Positions 17,423 to 26,574 of a stretch of 64,000 nt of DNA are shown here, one piece after another. The notes below the pieces were generated by a model. It ran no database searches and was not told the origin of the DNA. It was given only the letters and a program-made list of their open reading frames with translations. Positions within the stretch are counted from its first letter, which is position 1; each line of letters starts with the position of its first letter. Source of the stretch: Candidatus Nomurabacteria bacterium RIFCSPLOWO2_01_FULL_42_17 (GTDB lineage: Bacteria > Patescibacteriota > Minisyncoccia > Phycocordibacterales > UBA9973). A program made the translations under genes and the position numbers. The stretch is from the NCBI GenBank assembly GCA_001785985.1, contig MFVE01000005.1, positions 112,533 through 176,532 on the forward strand, given 5' to 3'.

Positions 17423-18503
17423 AATCGCGCAAGGCGAGCCCGAGCGCCGCCGCGAAGGAAAGCGCTTGTTTAAAATCTATATCTGGGACATATTTTTCCT
17501 TGTCTACTATATTGACCCAGACATTGGCCATCTCCACCGGACTCTTCATGCTGATAGAAAAATATTCCGCCAGTCCTATCAGATTAGAATCCCCGCCGCA
17601 GAGAATTATCTTCTCGATGGGCAGATTGTTCTGCCCTTCTTCATCCTTGTGAGTATGCCAGTATAGAAAATGCTTGACGAGCTCGTCGCGCAGAATAGAA
17701 ACACTGTTTAAAAGAACCGAAAATAATTCCTTGTTTGGAGTATTGCGCTCCAGGCCGTATTTTATTTTCATTTGTTCTGCTTCCTCAAAACTTAATTTGA
17801 AATTTTTTGCAATCATGTCGGTCAGCATCTTTCCGCCCACATCGAGCGTAGAAGTAAACATCACCAGACCACGAGATACGATAAAAATGCCTGTGAGTTT
17901 TTCTCCAAAATCAACAATCATATAAGTGCCGCGATCGCCGGCTTTCACAACCGCTCGGCAAATCGCCTGAGCTTCGAGTTCGAACGACTGGACTTTGATC
18001 TGCGCATTCTTGAATATAGAAAGATAATTTTCAATCACATTCTTTGGTACGGTGGCGACTTGGAGCTCCAAGTGCTGTTTATCTTGACTAATCAATTCAT
18101 AGTCAAAAATAGCATCTTCGGCTTTGAGCGGTATATGCTCTTCGAGGGAGAGTTCGATGCTTTCTCTGATATTAACTAATCCTGTTTTTTCTAATCGAAG
18201 TTTGAAAAGATAGACCTGTTCTTCGAGCAGAGAAACACGTACCGATTTTATTCCAACCTCGGTTTTTAATCTTTTTAGAATTTCCTCGATTTGCTTTGGA
18301 TTTTTGATCTTGCCCGACTCGATGATCCCGGGCGGAATAGGGCGCTCTCCATGCCGGCCGACCCGGATGCCATTTTTTGTATTTATCAGCTCTAAAAATT
18401 TCAATGATTCATCCCCGATATCTATACCGAAGGATGCAATGGACAAAAAAGAAGGAACTGGAAAAAGTCGGTTGAAAAATTTATTTAACGCATTCGAAGA
18501 CAT
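17409..18503 (-). CDS. pilM: Type IV pilus assembly ATPase-like protein PilM (actin-like fold)
   Basis: 364 aa; FGIDIGDESLKFLEL... actin/FtsA-like phosphate motifs; ...IILCGGDSNLIGLAEYFS. Confidence 0.65.
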   Translation of the reverse strand: MSSNALNKFFNRLFPVPSFLSIASFGIDIGDESLKFLELINTKNGIRVGRHGERPIPPGIIESGKIKNPKQIEEILKRLKTEVGIKSVRVSLLEEQVYLFKLRLEKTGLVNIRESIELSLEEHIPLKAEDAIFDYELISQDKQHLELQVATVPKNVIENYLSIFKNAQIKVQSFELEAQAICRAVVKAGDRGTYMIVDFGEKLTGIFIVSRGLVMFTSTLDVGGKMLTDMIAKNFKLSFEEAEQMKIKYGLERNTPNKELFSVLLNSVSILRDELVKHFLYWHTHKDEEGQNNLPIEKIILCGGDSNLIGLAEYFSISMKSPVEMANVWVNIVDKEKYVPDIDFKQALSFAAALGLALRDFEEN

Positions 18504-18575
18504 AGTAATATTGTAACATATTCATGTTTGATTTTCTAAAATAGAAAAGGAAGTACGCTTTTAAAATACTTCCTT

Positions 18576-18791
18576 TTATAGATCTCCACGAGCTACCGTT
18601 CCCGGTACACCCACGATCTTGAACTCTGAAGGATCACAGTCAAATGTTGCCTTTTGATCGCCTAGAAAAATTACGGCAAACCAGTTGTCTTTGACATTCA
18701 CGTAAAAGACCAACCCGATTTCGCCACAACGTTCCCCTGCGATCTTCTTGACCCAAGTGACCCTCGGAATCAACCTTTGTACTATGACCAT
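18576..18791 (-). CDS. Hypothetical small protein
   Basis: 71-aa ORF; no family recognised. Confidence 0.2.
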   Translation of the reverse strand: MVIVQRLIPRVTWVKKIAGERCGEIGLVFYVNVKDNWFAVIFLGDQKATFDCDPSEFKIVGVPGTVARGDL

Positions 18792-18854
18792 ATCAAGCCT
18801 TTCTTTATGCTAATTATATGGATATAGAAAGAAGATAGCAAGGAACTGTATAAA

Positions 18855-19310
18855 TCACATTTCATCAAACGAAACAGTGATGTATTCTGGTTTTTCAATA
18901 CCCAACTCTTTTTCAACGAATTCTTTGCTTGGATTTTCTCCGGTTACGATGATGAAATTTCCAACATCGTCGATAAGATTAAAAATTATTTGATAATTTT
19001 GGAATTGAAAAAATTTCCTGCTTCCCTTCATTATTCTTTTTATGCCGTATTGAGCAACTAGTTCTTTTTTTAGTTTTTCTATATTATCTATTCGCTCATC
19101 TTTTACGACTTGAAATTTACCATGAGCGGCTTGGAAGATATTGATGAACGCCCCCTTCTTCTTTTCTACTATTTTTAAGACTTTCCCTTCTGGTTGATGA
19201 AAATATGTATCAATGAAATATGTTTGATCAGTAATTTTCGCTCCATTCTTCAATAACCTTTGTTCAACTTCTTGAACATTATAAATTCGCGCTTTAATTT
19301 CTTGAATCAT
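18855..19310 (-). CDS. CYTH-domain protein (CyaB/thiamine-triphosphatase-like)
   Basis: 151 aa. An N-terminal E.K motif in beta strand 1 (MIQEIKARIYNV) and alternating acidic/basic beta-strand residues typical of the CYTH barrel. Confidence 0.45.
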   Translation of the reverse strand: MIQEIKARIYNVQEVEQRLLKNGAKITDQTYFIDTYFHQPEGKVLKIVEKKKGAFINIFQAAHGKFQVVKDERIDNIEKLKKELVAQYGIKRIMKGSRKFFQFQNYQIIFNLIDDVGNFIIVTGENPSKEFVEKELGIEKPEYITVSFDEM

Positions 19311-19348
19311 AAGAGAAGTATAGCAGAAATTAAGTTTGCATTTATAAT

Positions 19349-19378
19349 ATTCCTGAATTTAAATAATATGTTATACTG
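19349..19378 (+). promoter_or_regulatory. Promoter with an extended -10 (TGtTATACT) upstream of purF. It shares the TCCTGAATTTAA..TATGTTATACT module with the island cassettes.
   Basis: tcctgaatttaaataatatgttatact, 37 bp upstream of the purF ATG. Confidence 0.45.
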
Positions 19379-19414
19379 GCTCATATTCGAAAGGAAGAAA
19401 GAATAATAAATTAT

Positions 19415-20854
19415 ATGCAGGATTTAAATGAAAAATGTGGAGTGTTTGGTATTTACAGTAAAGATCGCGACGTTTCACGTATATCTTTTTTTGGTCTTTT
19501 TGCGCTTCAGCATCGCGGACAGGAAGCCTCAGGCATTGCAGCTACGGATGGCACACAGCTTCGTTCATTTCGCAATAGAGGCTTGATCTCAAATGTATTT
19601 ACTGAAGAAAAAATTAAAAAACTCAAAGGATTTGCCGCCATTGGACACAACCGCTATTCAACTTCTAAAGGCAATCATGTCAGCCACGCGCAACCCGTGA
19701 TAATTGATCCTGTTATTGATACTTCTTATAAAGGCGGAGGCATAAGAGCAAATGACGGACTTTTGGCTCTAGCGCATAATGGCAATTTGCCTAGCACTAC
19801 TGCCCTAGTTTCTTTTTTGAAAAGTAAAAATATACCAACGATGGATGATCAATCAGATTCTGAACTTATGGCGATTGTTATTGGAGTCTATTTGCGTGAA
19901 GGAAAAACATTACCGGAAGCAGTGCGCTTATGTTATCCGCTTTTTACTGGAACATTTTCCCTACTAGTGCTGACTAAAAATACACTTGTTGCTGTTCGAG
20001 ACCATTGCGGTGTCCGCCCACTTTCGCTTGGGAAACTTGACGGTGGATATGTAATTTCCTCTGAAACTTGTTCTTTTAAAACTATCGGCGCGGAATTTTT
20101 ACGAGATGTACTTCCTGGAGAGATGATAATAATTGATGAAAATGGTCTCGAGTCTATGCAAATCGCTCCAGCTAACCAAAAATTCGATCTTTTTGAATTT
20201 GTTTATTTTGCTCGACCTGACAGTAATTTATTAGGAAAATTAGTCTACGAAGTTCGTAAAAAATGTGGAGAACAGCTTGCCAAGGAACATCCAGTTAAGG
20301 CAGATATTGTCGTCCCAGTCCCAGAAACTGCCATTGCAGCGGCTATTGGTTATTCTAATGCTACTGGTATTCCCGTTGAAATGGCTTTAATGAAAAATCG
20401 CTATATTCATCGTACATTTATTGAACCTGAACAACACACTCGCGAGGCGGTGGTAAAATTGAAATTAAATCCGTTGCCTGAAATGCTTGTTGGTAAGCGA
20501 GTTGTGATTATTGATGATTCAATAGTCCGCGGAACTACTAGTCGTCAAATTGTAAGAGAATTATTCAACGCTGGCGCCAAAGAAGTTCACTTTTTAGTGA
20601 GTTCACCCCCTGTAAAATTTCCCGATTTCTATGGAATTGACACTCCTAAACAAGAAAACTTAATCGGTGCCAATAAGACAATAGAAGAAATAAAAGAGTT
20701 TTTAGGGGTAACCTCACTTCATTATCTCTCTCTAGAGGGATTAATCGCCTCAACTGGTTTACCAGAAAAAGATTTTTGTACATCGTGCTTTACGGGCGAA
20801 TATCCAATCGATATTTTAGAACGCAAAAAAGAAGTATACACCCCAAAAACATAA
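19415..20854 (+). CDS. purF: Amidophosphoribosyltransferase
   Basis: N-terminal Ntn Cys (M..CGVFGI); class-II glutamine amidotransferase domain; PRTase motif VVIIDDSIVRGTTS. Confidence 0.9.
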   Translation: MQDLNEKCGVFGIYSKDRDVSRISFFGLFALQHRGQEASGIAATDGTQLRSFRNRGLISNVFTEEKIKKLKGFAAIGHNRYSTSKGNHVSHAQPVIIDPVIDTSYKGGGIRANDGLLALAHNGNLPSTTALVSFLKSKNIPTMDDQSDSELMAIVIGVYLREGKTLPEAVRLCYPLFTGTFSLLVLTKNTLVAVRDHCGVRPLSLGKLDGGYVISSETCSFKTIGAEFLRDVLPGEMIIIDENGLESMQIAPANQKFDLFEFVYFARPDSNLLGKLVYEVRKKCGEQLAKEHPVKADIVVPVPETAIAAAIGYSNATGIPVEMALMKNRYIHRTFIEPEQHTREAVVKLKLNPLPEMLVGKRVVIIDDSIVRGTTSRQIVRELFNAGAKEVHFLVSSPPVKFPDFYGIDTPKQENLIGANKTIEEIKEFLGVTSLHYLSLEGLIASTGLPEKDFCTSCFTGEYPIDILERKKEVYTPKT

Positions 20855-20858
20855 TTGC

Positions 20859-21647
20859 TTAAATATTCGTTGATTTATTTCTACTTACCCAAATTCTATG
20901 TAAATGTCTTTGAATATCATGCGTTCCTAAATTTTTATGTTCTAATAATCCACGACCGTGGATTAGCCGCAAATTATCAAAAACAATAGCACTATTTTTC
21001 TTCCATGTGTGTGGAATAATTTTCAAATTTTTTTCTGCTATTTCTCCAAGTAAGTCATAAAATTTATCTGCATCTTCCTGAGTTTTACTACTTCCGGGTA
21101 AAGGTCTTAGACAACATTTAGGACTTGCAACCGCAATGTTCATTATGAGTTCATCGTTTTGATAACGCTTTTCTAAGAGTGGTCTTACAAACTCAAGTCC
21201 TTCTTTTTTTCTAAAAAGAAATTCATATTCTTTTGCCTCTTCTAATTGACTAGTGTTTCGTAAGATATCAATAATGTCTTTTGTGTCCCCAAAAACTGTT
21301 GGAATATCACTCGTGCCTGCATCCACACAGTGAAGAACAACTATTTCGGGAACTTTAGTTAAATATTGCCCATCTGTGTGTAGCCCAAAGTAACGACTTG
21401 ATCTTGAATAGTCAGATGCGCCTGCCTCTGGACTTTCTTTAACGTGGGAGATAATACCATCGCTACTTGCGATTGGTGTTAATATTTCACTTTCAGACAG
21501 TAATTTAATGAAGGATTCCGCATCTAAATCAACATCAAATATTTTCAAGCGTGGTCCTTCTTTACTAAAATCAATTTTAATTAATTCTTCGTAGAACTTT
21601 TTGGTTGACATAGATTCACTTTGATTGTTGAAAGATTCTTTGGGCAT
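20859..21647 (-). CDS. TauD/TfdA-family Fe(II)/2-oxoglutarate-dependent dioxygenase
   Basis: HxD...H facial triad (FGLHTDGQY ... LIHGRG) and WxNR-like IVFDNLRLIHGR. Confidence 0.5.
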   Translation of the reverse strand: MPKESFNNQSESMSTKKFYEELIKIDFSKEGPRLKIFDVDLDAESFIKLLSESEILTPIASSDGIISHVKESPEAGASDYSRSSRYFGLHTDGQYLTKVPEIVVLHCVDAGTSDIPTVFGDTKDIIDILRNTSQLEEAKEYEFLFRKKEGLEFVRPLLEKRYQNDELIMNIAVASPKCCLRPLPGSSKTQEDADKFYDLLGEIAEKNLKIIPHTWKKNSAIVFDNLRLIHGRGLLEHKNLGTHDIQRHLHRIWVSRNKSTNI

Positions 21648-21741
21648 AAAAATATAATTTTCATTATATCATAGATGATTGATTCCTATAATGTAATATT
21701 AGATTGACAAAATTCAAGTTTGTTCTTAACATAAAAGAGAT

Positions 21742-22203
21742 ATGGATACGACACCTGAAATTTCTCTTGAATCCAAAAAAACAATTTTTGAGAGAGTAAA
21801 AAAACTAAATTTCCCTATAGGTAAATATGTTGTAGTAGGCGGTGTAATGGAAGCGCATGGTATTAGGAAAGCAGTAGATGTTGATTTTATTGTCACTAAA
21901 GAATTATTTGATGATTTATTGAAACAGGGATGGGTGCCTAAGCCCTGTCGGCCTGGCGATATAGGTAAGGAAGGAGAAAAAAGAAAATTAAGAAAAGATG
22001 ATATTTCGATTATTTCTGAATATTCTTGGTTGGATAAGTATTTTGCAAAAACAGAAGATTTGATAGCCAACGCAGACATCATCGATGGTATACCTTTTAT
22101 ATCATTGAGCGAATTATTAAAATGGAAAAAAGCATGTGGTAGAGAAAAAGATTTGATAGATATCGAACTAATTGAGAATTATCTGAAAAAGAAAGGGAAT
22201 TAA
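21742..22203 (+). CDS. Nucleotidyltransferase-fold protein (Pol-beta superfamily; ANT/Lnu-like minimal NTase)
   Basis: hGG....G.....D.Dhh pattern (YVVVGGVMEAHGIRKAVDVDFIV). Confidence 0.4.
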   Translation: MDTTPEISLESKKTIFERVKKLNFPIGKYVVVGGVMEAHGIRKAVDVDFIVTKELFDDLLKQGWVPKPCRPGDIGKEGEKRKLRKDDISIISEYSWLDKYFAKTEDLIANADIIDGIPFISLSELLKWKKACGREKDLIDIELIENYLKKKGN

Positions 22204-22207
22204 ATTT

Positions 22208-22274
22208 GTAATACTAAGATTCCTGAATTTAAGCAATATGTTATACTATCCCTATGCCCGAAGGAGATAAAAGG
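22208..22274 (+). promoter_or_regulatory. Copy 1 of the repeated promoter-plus-leader cassette
   Basis: gtaatact..ttcctgaatttaagcaatatgttatactatccctATGCCCGAAGGAGATAAAA; an MPEGDK upstream ORF starts at 22254. Confidence 0.55.
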
Positions 22275-22281
22275 ACATCTT

Positions 22282-22461
22282 ATGATTCCAGAATTTCCAC
22301 AATTTAAAAATTTAGAACTTACCGACAAAATAGACGTCGAAAAATTTACTTCAAAATTTCCACCATATTCCGATTTTAATTTTGTATCCATGTGGTCTTG
22401 GGACATAAAGGGAGAAATGCGGATGAGGGGTTTCTCTAAAAAATTAAACTGGTATTAAAAA
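22282..22461 (+). CDS. Small ORF (59 aa) downstream of leader cassette 1
   Basis: ATG preceded by AAGGAG and followed by a terminator at 22470-22504. It falls below the ORF-track length cutoff. Confidence 0.25.
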
Positions 22462-22469
22462 TAAAAAAA

Positions 22470-22504
22470 CCCGCGTGTCACAAAGTGACAAAACGGGATT
22501 TTTT
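22470..22504 (+). terminator. Rho-independent terminator
   Basis: CCCG-cgTGTCAC-aaa-GTGACA-aaa-CGGG followed by ATTTTTT. Confidence 0.6.
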
Positions 22505-22543
22505 GAGGGTTTAGATAACAAGCAACCCACAAGTTGTAGTTTT

Positions 22544-23233
22544 TCAAACAATCAATTCCTTTTCAATGAACTGTACGATATTTTGTGTTGCGTAATCACA
22601 CCATACAGGCGGAGTTGTGTGTTCCTCTTTAGTATGGAGATCCACCCAACCGGACTCCCTAAGTCCGTTACCAACGAGTACAGTAACAAACCCCACTTCT
22701 TTAGCCATCTGCAAGCTCGAAGGAATGTCGTCGAACATGCAGATTTCTTGGGCCTTTATGCCAAGTTCTTGAACAGTGGCAAGGTATACTTCTCGGTTGG
22801 GTTTACGGATGAAGTTGTTACTCTCGATCGTAAACACTTTGGTGATGTAATCTCGAAGTCCAAGATGTTCAAGTCCACGAAGGACAAACGAACGGTTGGA
22901 GTTGGAAAAGATATGAAGTGGTGCTCTTTGGGAGAGACGTTTTAATGCTTCCCCTAGCCCTGGCTTAGGAAACATCGCGCTGATGTCAAGACCAGAATAT
23001 AGTTCCTCGTAGAATTCAAAGGGATCAATTCCATGATGCTCCTTTAAACCGAGGACACTTGAACGATATTCTTGTCGGTACTGAGTGAGGAGTCTACGAA
23101 CCTCCTTTTCTGGGATGTTTAACCTTTTTTGTGCACAAATCCGAAACCGGTGCATAATCTGGTCTTCGATACCGGCAGTAGAAGGGTATAGTGTTCCATC
23201 GAAATCAAACACAAATACTTTGATGTTTTTCAT
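22544..23233 (-). CDS. HAD-superfamily hydrolase (pyrimidine 5'-nucleotidase-like)
   Basis: HAD motif I FVFDFDGTLY; motif III/IV region ...MFDDIPSSLQMAKEVG. Confidence 0.7.
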   Translation of the reverse strand: MKNIKVFVFDFDGTLYPSTAGIEDQIMHRFRICAQKRLNIPEKEVRRLLTQYRQEYRSSVLGLKEHHGIDPFEFYEELYSGLDISAMFPKPGLGEALKRLSQRAPLHIFSNSNRSFVLRGLEHLGLRDYITKVFTIESNNFIRKPNREVYLATVQELGIKAQEICMFDDIPSSLQMAKEVGFVTVLVGNGLRESGWVDLHTKEEHTTPPVWCDYATQNIVQFIEKELIV

Positions 23234-24048
23234 AGTTTAAGAAGATGTTGATGTAGTTCTGAAGGACTCTCGAAGCGTTTCATTGGATCAGTCGAAAGAC
23301 TTTTTCGCAAGATCGCTTCAAGTTCTGGGAACGGATCCGCCCCAACTTCTTTAAACGTGAGAATGCGATTGCCAATAGCGCATTTGAGTTTCTGCTCCAT
23401 GGAAACTTCTTTCAATTTTTCTTTGGAAGCTCCAAAGTCAATTGCCAGACTTCCCGTGTAGAACATAAACAATGTTGCGCCAAGAGCGTACACTTCCGCA
23501 TGTGTGGTGTAGTCAATTATAGAGTCTCCTGATTTCATACTGCGAGCAATCTCAGGAGCCACGAAGTAGATGAATCCTCCCTTATACAACGGATTTGATT
23601 CGTTGATTTTTCGAGCCATACCCCAGTCAATGACTGTGATTTGGTCTCTCTCCAGGAAGGTGTGCGCTGGTTGAACGTCTCCATGGAGATACCCTCCTTG
23701 GTAGAGCAAATCATAGAACCCAGACACTTTGCGAAGCAGATCAATCTCATTTTTCCCTTCAATGTGATTGACTTCAATTTCTCGGATCAATAGCCAGTTC
23801 ACCCCTTGACTTGTCCCATGAGCTACATAGAGCTGATTTGTCAGATGCGGAACCGTTGAAAGAATCTCCGCTTCTTGGATTAAAAGTTGCCCTTTATCCA
23901 CTGAGCTTTTGTCATGGAACTTGAGAACCATTTTTTTCCCGCTTCGAAGAACACGCAACACAAGCGTGTCTCTCCTGTCAGCTATTGTTTCGACATAAGT
24001 GAGGCCAATCGCTTCAAGGAATTCTTCAATTTTTTGCATTGTTTTCAT
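23230..24048 (-). CDS. Protein-kinase-like fold protein (ePK/APH-type)
   Basis: Catalytic loop LHGDVQPAHTF (HGD), IDWGMA (DFG-equivalent) and VAPEIA (APE). Its start overlaps the HAD gene stop by 4 nt. Confidence 0.6.
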   Translation of the reverse strand: MKTMQKIEEFLEAIGLTYVETIADRRDTLVLRVLRSGKKMVLKFHDKSSVDKGQLLIQEAEILSTVPHLTNQLYVAHGTSQGVNWLLIREIEVNHIEGKNEIDLLRKVSGFYDLLYQGGYLHGDVQPAHTFLERDQITVIDWGMARKINESNPLYKGGFIYFVAPEIARSMKSGDSIIDYTTHAEVYALGATLFMFYTGSLAIDFGASKEKLKEVSMEQKLKCAIGNRILTFKEVGADPFPELEAILRKSLSTDPMKRFESPSELHQHLLKL

Positions 24049-24757
24049 TTTGTTTGTGTTTAGCTAGTTCTTGCTTTGATAGCTCTTTAGCTTTGGCATA
24101 AAAGTTACTCTGAGTTAGAGCGCCACTGATGCCGTCAAAGCTGGAACTCGTCGGCTCGGCGCAGAAAGCTCCAAGTGTGTCTTGATAAACAATCAGGTCG
24201 TTAAAGACATTTTGATTGACATCATTGGCTGATTCAAGAGAGGGTAGAAGCCATTCCGCCTTCTCAAAGAATTTGGGATCCCTGGCACGAACATTCTCTC
24301 GTATCGAGAAAAGATTGCACGGAGGGATAGGAAGGTCGCGTCCATTCTTTCCTTGTTCTACCGCGCCTTTCCAAAACTTTCCGAAAAGCACACCCACTTG
24401 GGTATACCTGCACTTCAAAACCCAATGAGGCCAAGCAAGTATTTCCTTGCTTAATGCATCATCTATGCGCGGGAACAGAAAGATTACGTTCTCGCACAAA
24501 AGAGGAGGTCTTTGTTTCAAGTTGGCTATCCTCCTTTGATGCCGGAGCAACTCGCTCATGATGTATCCGCTCGTAAAGACAATTCTTTCTGCGAGCAACT
24601 TGTCTTCAGTGTCTGAACTGACCACTGTGTAAGCCATCTCTTCTTTCAACATTGATGGATCGATGTAGGGACAAAAGCGTGAAGAAACTTCTGCTATGTA
24701 TTTCCTGAATCCCGAAACATTCGGGATATTTTTGCTTCTAAATTCTAAAACGTTCAT
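24026..24757 (-). CDS. Hypothetical protein. The ORF track gives 24026..24778; the start at 24757 (MNVLEF..) with an AAGGA RBS is favoured because a terminator hairpin covers 24779-24800.
   Basis: ORF of about 243 aa in an operon-like arrangement with the kinase and HAD genes; no family recognised. Confidence 0.3.
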   Translation of the reverse strand: MNVLEFRSKNIPNVSGFRKYIAEVSSRFCPYIDPSMLKEEMAYTVVSSDTEDKLLAERIVFTSGYIMSELLRHQRRIANLKQRPPLLCENVIFLFPRIDDALSKEILAWPHWVLKCRYTQVGVLFGKFWKGAVEQGKNGRDLPIPPCNLFSIRENVRARDPKFFEKAEWLLPSLESANDVNQNVFNDLIVYQDTLGAFCAEPTSSSFDGISGALTQSNFYAKAKELSKQELAKHKQNENNAKN

Positions 24758-24778
24758 ATTTCCTTTGTGAAAAATCAC

Positions 24779-24800
24779 GGGCAGAGTTTAGACCCTGCCC
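24779..24800 (-). terminator. Hairpin terminator downstream of the HExxH gene
   Basis: GGGCAG-agtttagacc-CTGCCC with flanking T-rich sequence. Confidence 0.4.
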
Positions 24801-24825
24801 GTTTTGTTTGTTGAATGATTACCTG

Positions 24826-25200
24826 TCAATCAAAAGGATCGCAATCCCAGCTGGCATGAAAGACGCCGGTTTGGAGATACTTCAGACGGCTTTGTTGATT
24901 GAGAATCCTGTTGGTGTCTTGGAACCAGACCTCGGGCAGTTTCCCGAAAAGTTTTTCATAAGTCTTCGTCCAATCGATTTTACCTTCACCTTTCACGGGT
25001 CGGTGGCCGACTTCGTGTCCAACAGCACTGCGACAGAATCCCTTGTACCTTTTTGGGTTCTTAAGACGCCGATGCCATTCGGTATCCACAGGACAAGCAG
25101 GCATGAATGTCCGTCTGCCAGTTTCTCGGTGGATTTGAGCCACCTGAAAGAAACGTTGCAACTCCCTCCCAAGGGAGACTTGCTTGATTTTTGTACTCAT
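24826..25200 (-). CDS. Small HExxH-motif protein (putative zinc metallopeptidase-like)
   Basis: 124 aa with CRSAVGHEVGHRP (HExxH); no further family recognised. Confidence 0.3.
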   Translation of the reverse strand: MSTKIKQVSLGRELQRFFQVAQIHRETGRRTFMPACPVDTEWHRRLKNPKRYKGFCRSAVGHEVGHRPVKGEGKIDWTKTYEKLFGKLPEVWFQDTNRILNQQSRLKYLQTGVFHASWDCDPFD

Positions 25201-25410
25201 AATTAGGAACTAATTTACTTTTGTTGTGTTAGATAACGCTCCAACGGTTGCGACTTATTTCATAGACTAGCTATCTCTATGAACCAAGCTCTTTAATCCC
25301 TAATTTATAAGGTTCAAAAAGCTTGATTCATATAAGGAGCCAAAAACTTTATCAAAGAACTTGTTACTTTCTTATCGTAACCTTTGCTGACAGAAAGTCA
25401 AGGATGTGTT

Positions 25411-25561
25411 GTAATGATAATATTTTTAAATTTAATAAATATGTTATACTAATCCCATGCCCGAGGGAGATAAAAAAGTTGACTGGTTTCTATGGCTAAT
25501 CGGCATTAGTTGTTTAACTGCAATTAATATAGCAAGGACTTTCCTTGCTATTCCTGTGTAG
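25411..25561 (+). promoter_or_regulatory. Copy 2 of the promoter-plus-leader cassette, with a 34-aa upstream ORF
   Basis: About 88% identical over 89 bp (25411-25499) to copy 3 at 29019-29107. Upstream ORF 25457-25561 encodes MPEGDKKVDWFLWLIGISCLTAINIARTFLAIPV. Confidence 0.55.
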
Positions 25562-25567
25562 ATATTC

Positions 25568-26572
25568 ATGCGAAGTATATACAAAACTTATAAAACTGGA
25601 ATTATTAAACTAGGTAAAGATGAGTTGTTCTATAAAATTCTTAATGAAAAAGATTTCAATTCAGAAGTTGTAGGTTATAAGGCTTTATTGAATCACTACC
25701 CAGTACCTAAACTTTTGAGCTACATTAAAATTAATAAAGATTCATACTGCATGCTCTTTAAAAGAGAGATTTCTGTGGGCGTAGAAAAAGGTTTGCTTGT
25801 CGATTTATTTGCAAGCAAAAAGAAGCTAGAGAAAGATTTTTTAAAAATAATTAAACTTTATCGAGAAGTGTTTTTGAAAACTCTCAATCAAACTAAGTAC
25901 ATATCATGTAATATTTTCTTTTCTGATAGAGTTAACGGTCGGTTACCAAAATACTACAATAAAGTTTTTCTAAATAAAAAATTTAGTTTTTCCTTGAATG
26001 GAAAAGGTGTAAATATAAAACTAGAAGATTCTATAAAAGAAATCCAAAAATATTTTAAAAGGAAAATATTTTTTTGGTCGGTTATATCTCAGTGTGATCC
26101 AAGCGATTTAAATATAGCCATCAAACCTATTGTTTTTGATTATACTGCTGGAGGGAATGTACCAATCATGGCTGAATTTGCTACATTTTTTTGGTGTCAG
26201 CTTTTTCACGGAAACTATTTAGCGCTTAAGTATAACCCTAAGTCATTTACGAATCATCGAGCAATATACAAAAAGATTGATAAAGTTATAATGAAAAAAG
26301 ATAAAATTATTCATACACCCATGAAGCTCAGAAAAGAGTTTTTAGAAATGTATATTAAAGAAGTAATCAATCCTTGTTTTTATAAAATAGGTAATAATTA
26401 CCCAGATTGGTTTACTGATTTTAAAAATTTTCTCGCAATGAGAATCATTGGCGTTTACAATATTTCAAAAATGGATAAAAAAGATATGCTTTTATCCCTG
26501 GGATACCTTTCTATTTTTTATAATGCAAAAGATATAAAAAAGCCAGAGGATTTATTAGAATTAATTGATTAA
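25568..26572 (+). CDS. Hypothetical protein, possibly a degenerate kinase-fold (APH/choline-kinase-like) protein. Very AT-rich.
   Basis: SQCDPSDLNIAIKPIVFDYTAGG resembles the h.HxDLxxxNIL..//..IDFEY catalytic region of APH/ChoK-type kinases, with the His replaced. GC is visibly lower than in the flanking genes. Confidence 0.3.
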   Translation: MRSIYKTYKTGIIKLGKDELFYKILNEKDFNSEVVGYKALLNHYPVPKLLSYIKINKDSYCMLFKREISVGVEKGLLVDLFASKKKLEKDFLKIIKLYREVFLKTLNQTKYISCNIFFSDRVNGRLPKYYNKVFLNKKFSFSLNGKGVNIKLEDSIKEIQKYFKRKIFFWSVISQCDPSDLNIAIKPIVFDYTAGGNVPIMAEFATFFWCQLFHGNYLALKYNPKSFTNHRAIYKKIDKVIMKKDKIIHTPMKLRKEFLEMYIKEVINPCFYKIGNNYPDWFTDFKNFLAMRIIGVYNISKMDKKDMLLSLGYLSIFYNAKDIKKPEDLLELID

Positions 26573-26574
26573 GT

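Noticed and set aside
17440-17475. GC-rich run (GCGAGCCCGAGCGCCGCCGCGAAGG) at the 3' end of pilM
   Set aside because: It encodes an Ala/Leu-rich C-terminal helix (AAALGLALRDF) typical of PilM. The GC richness is explained by Ala codons.
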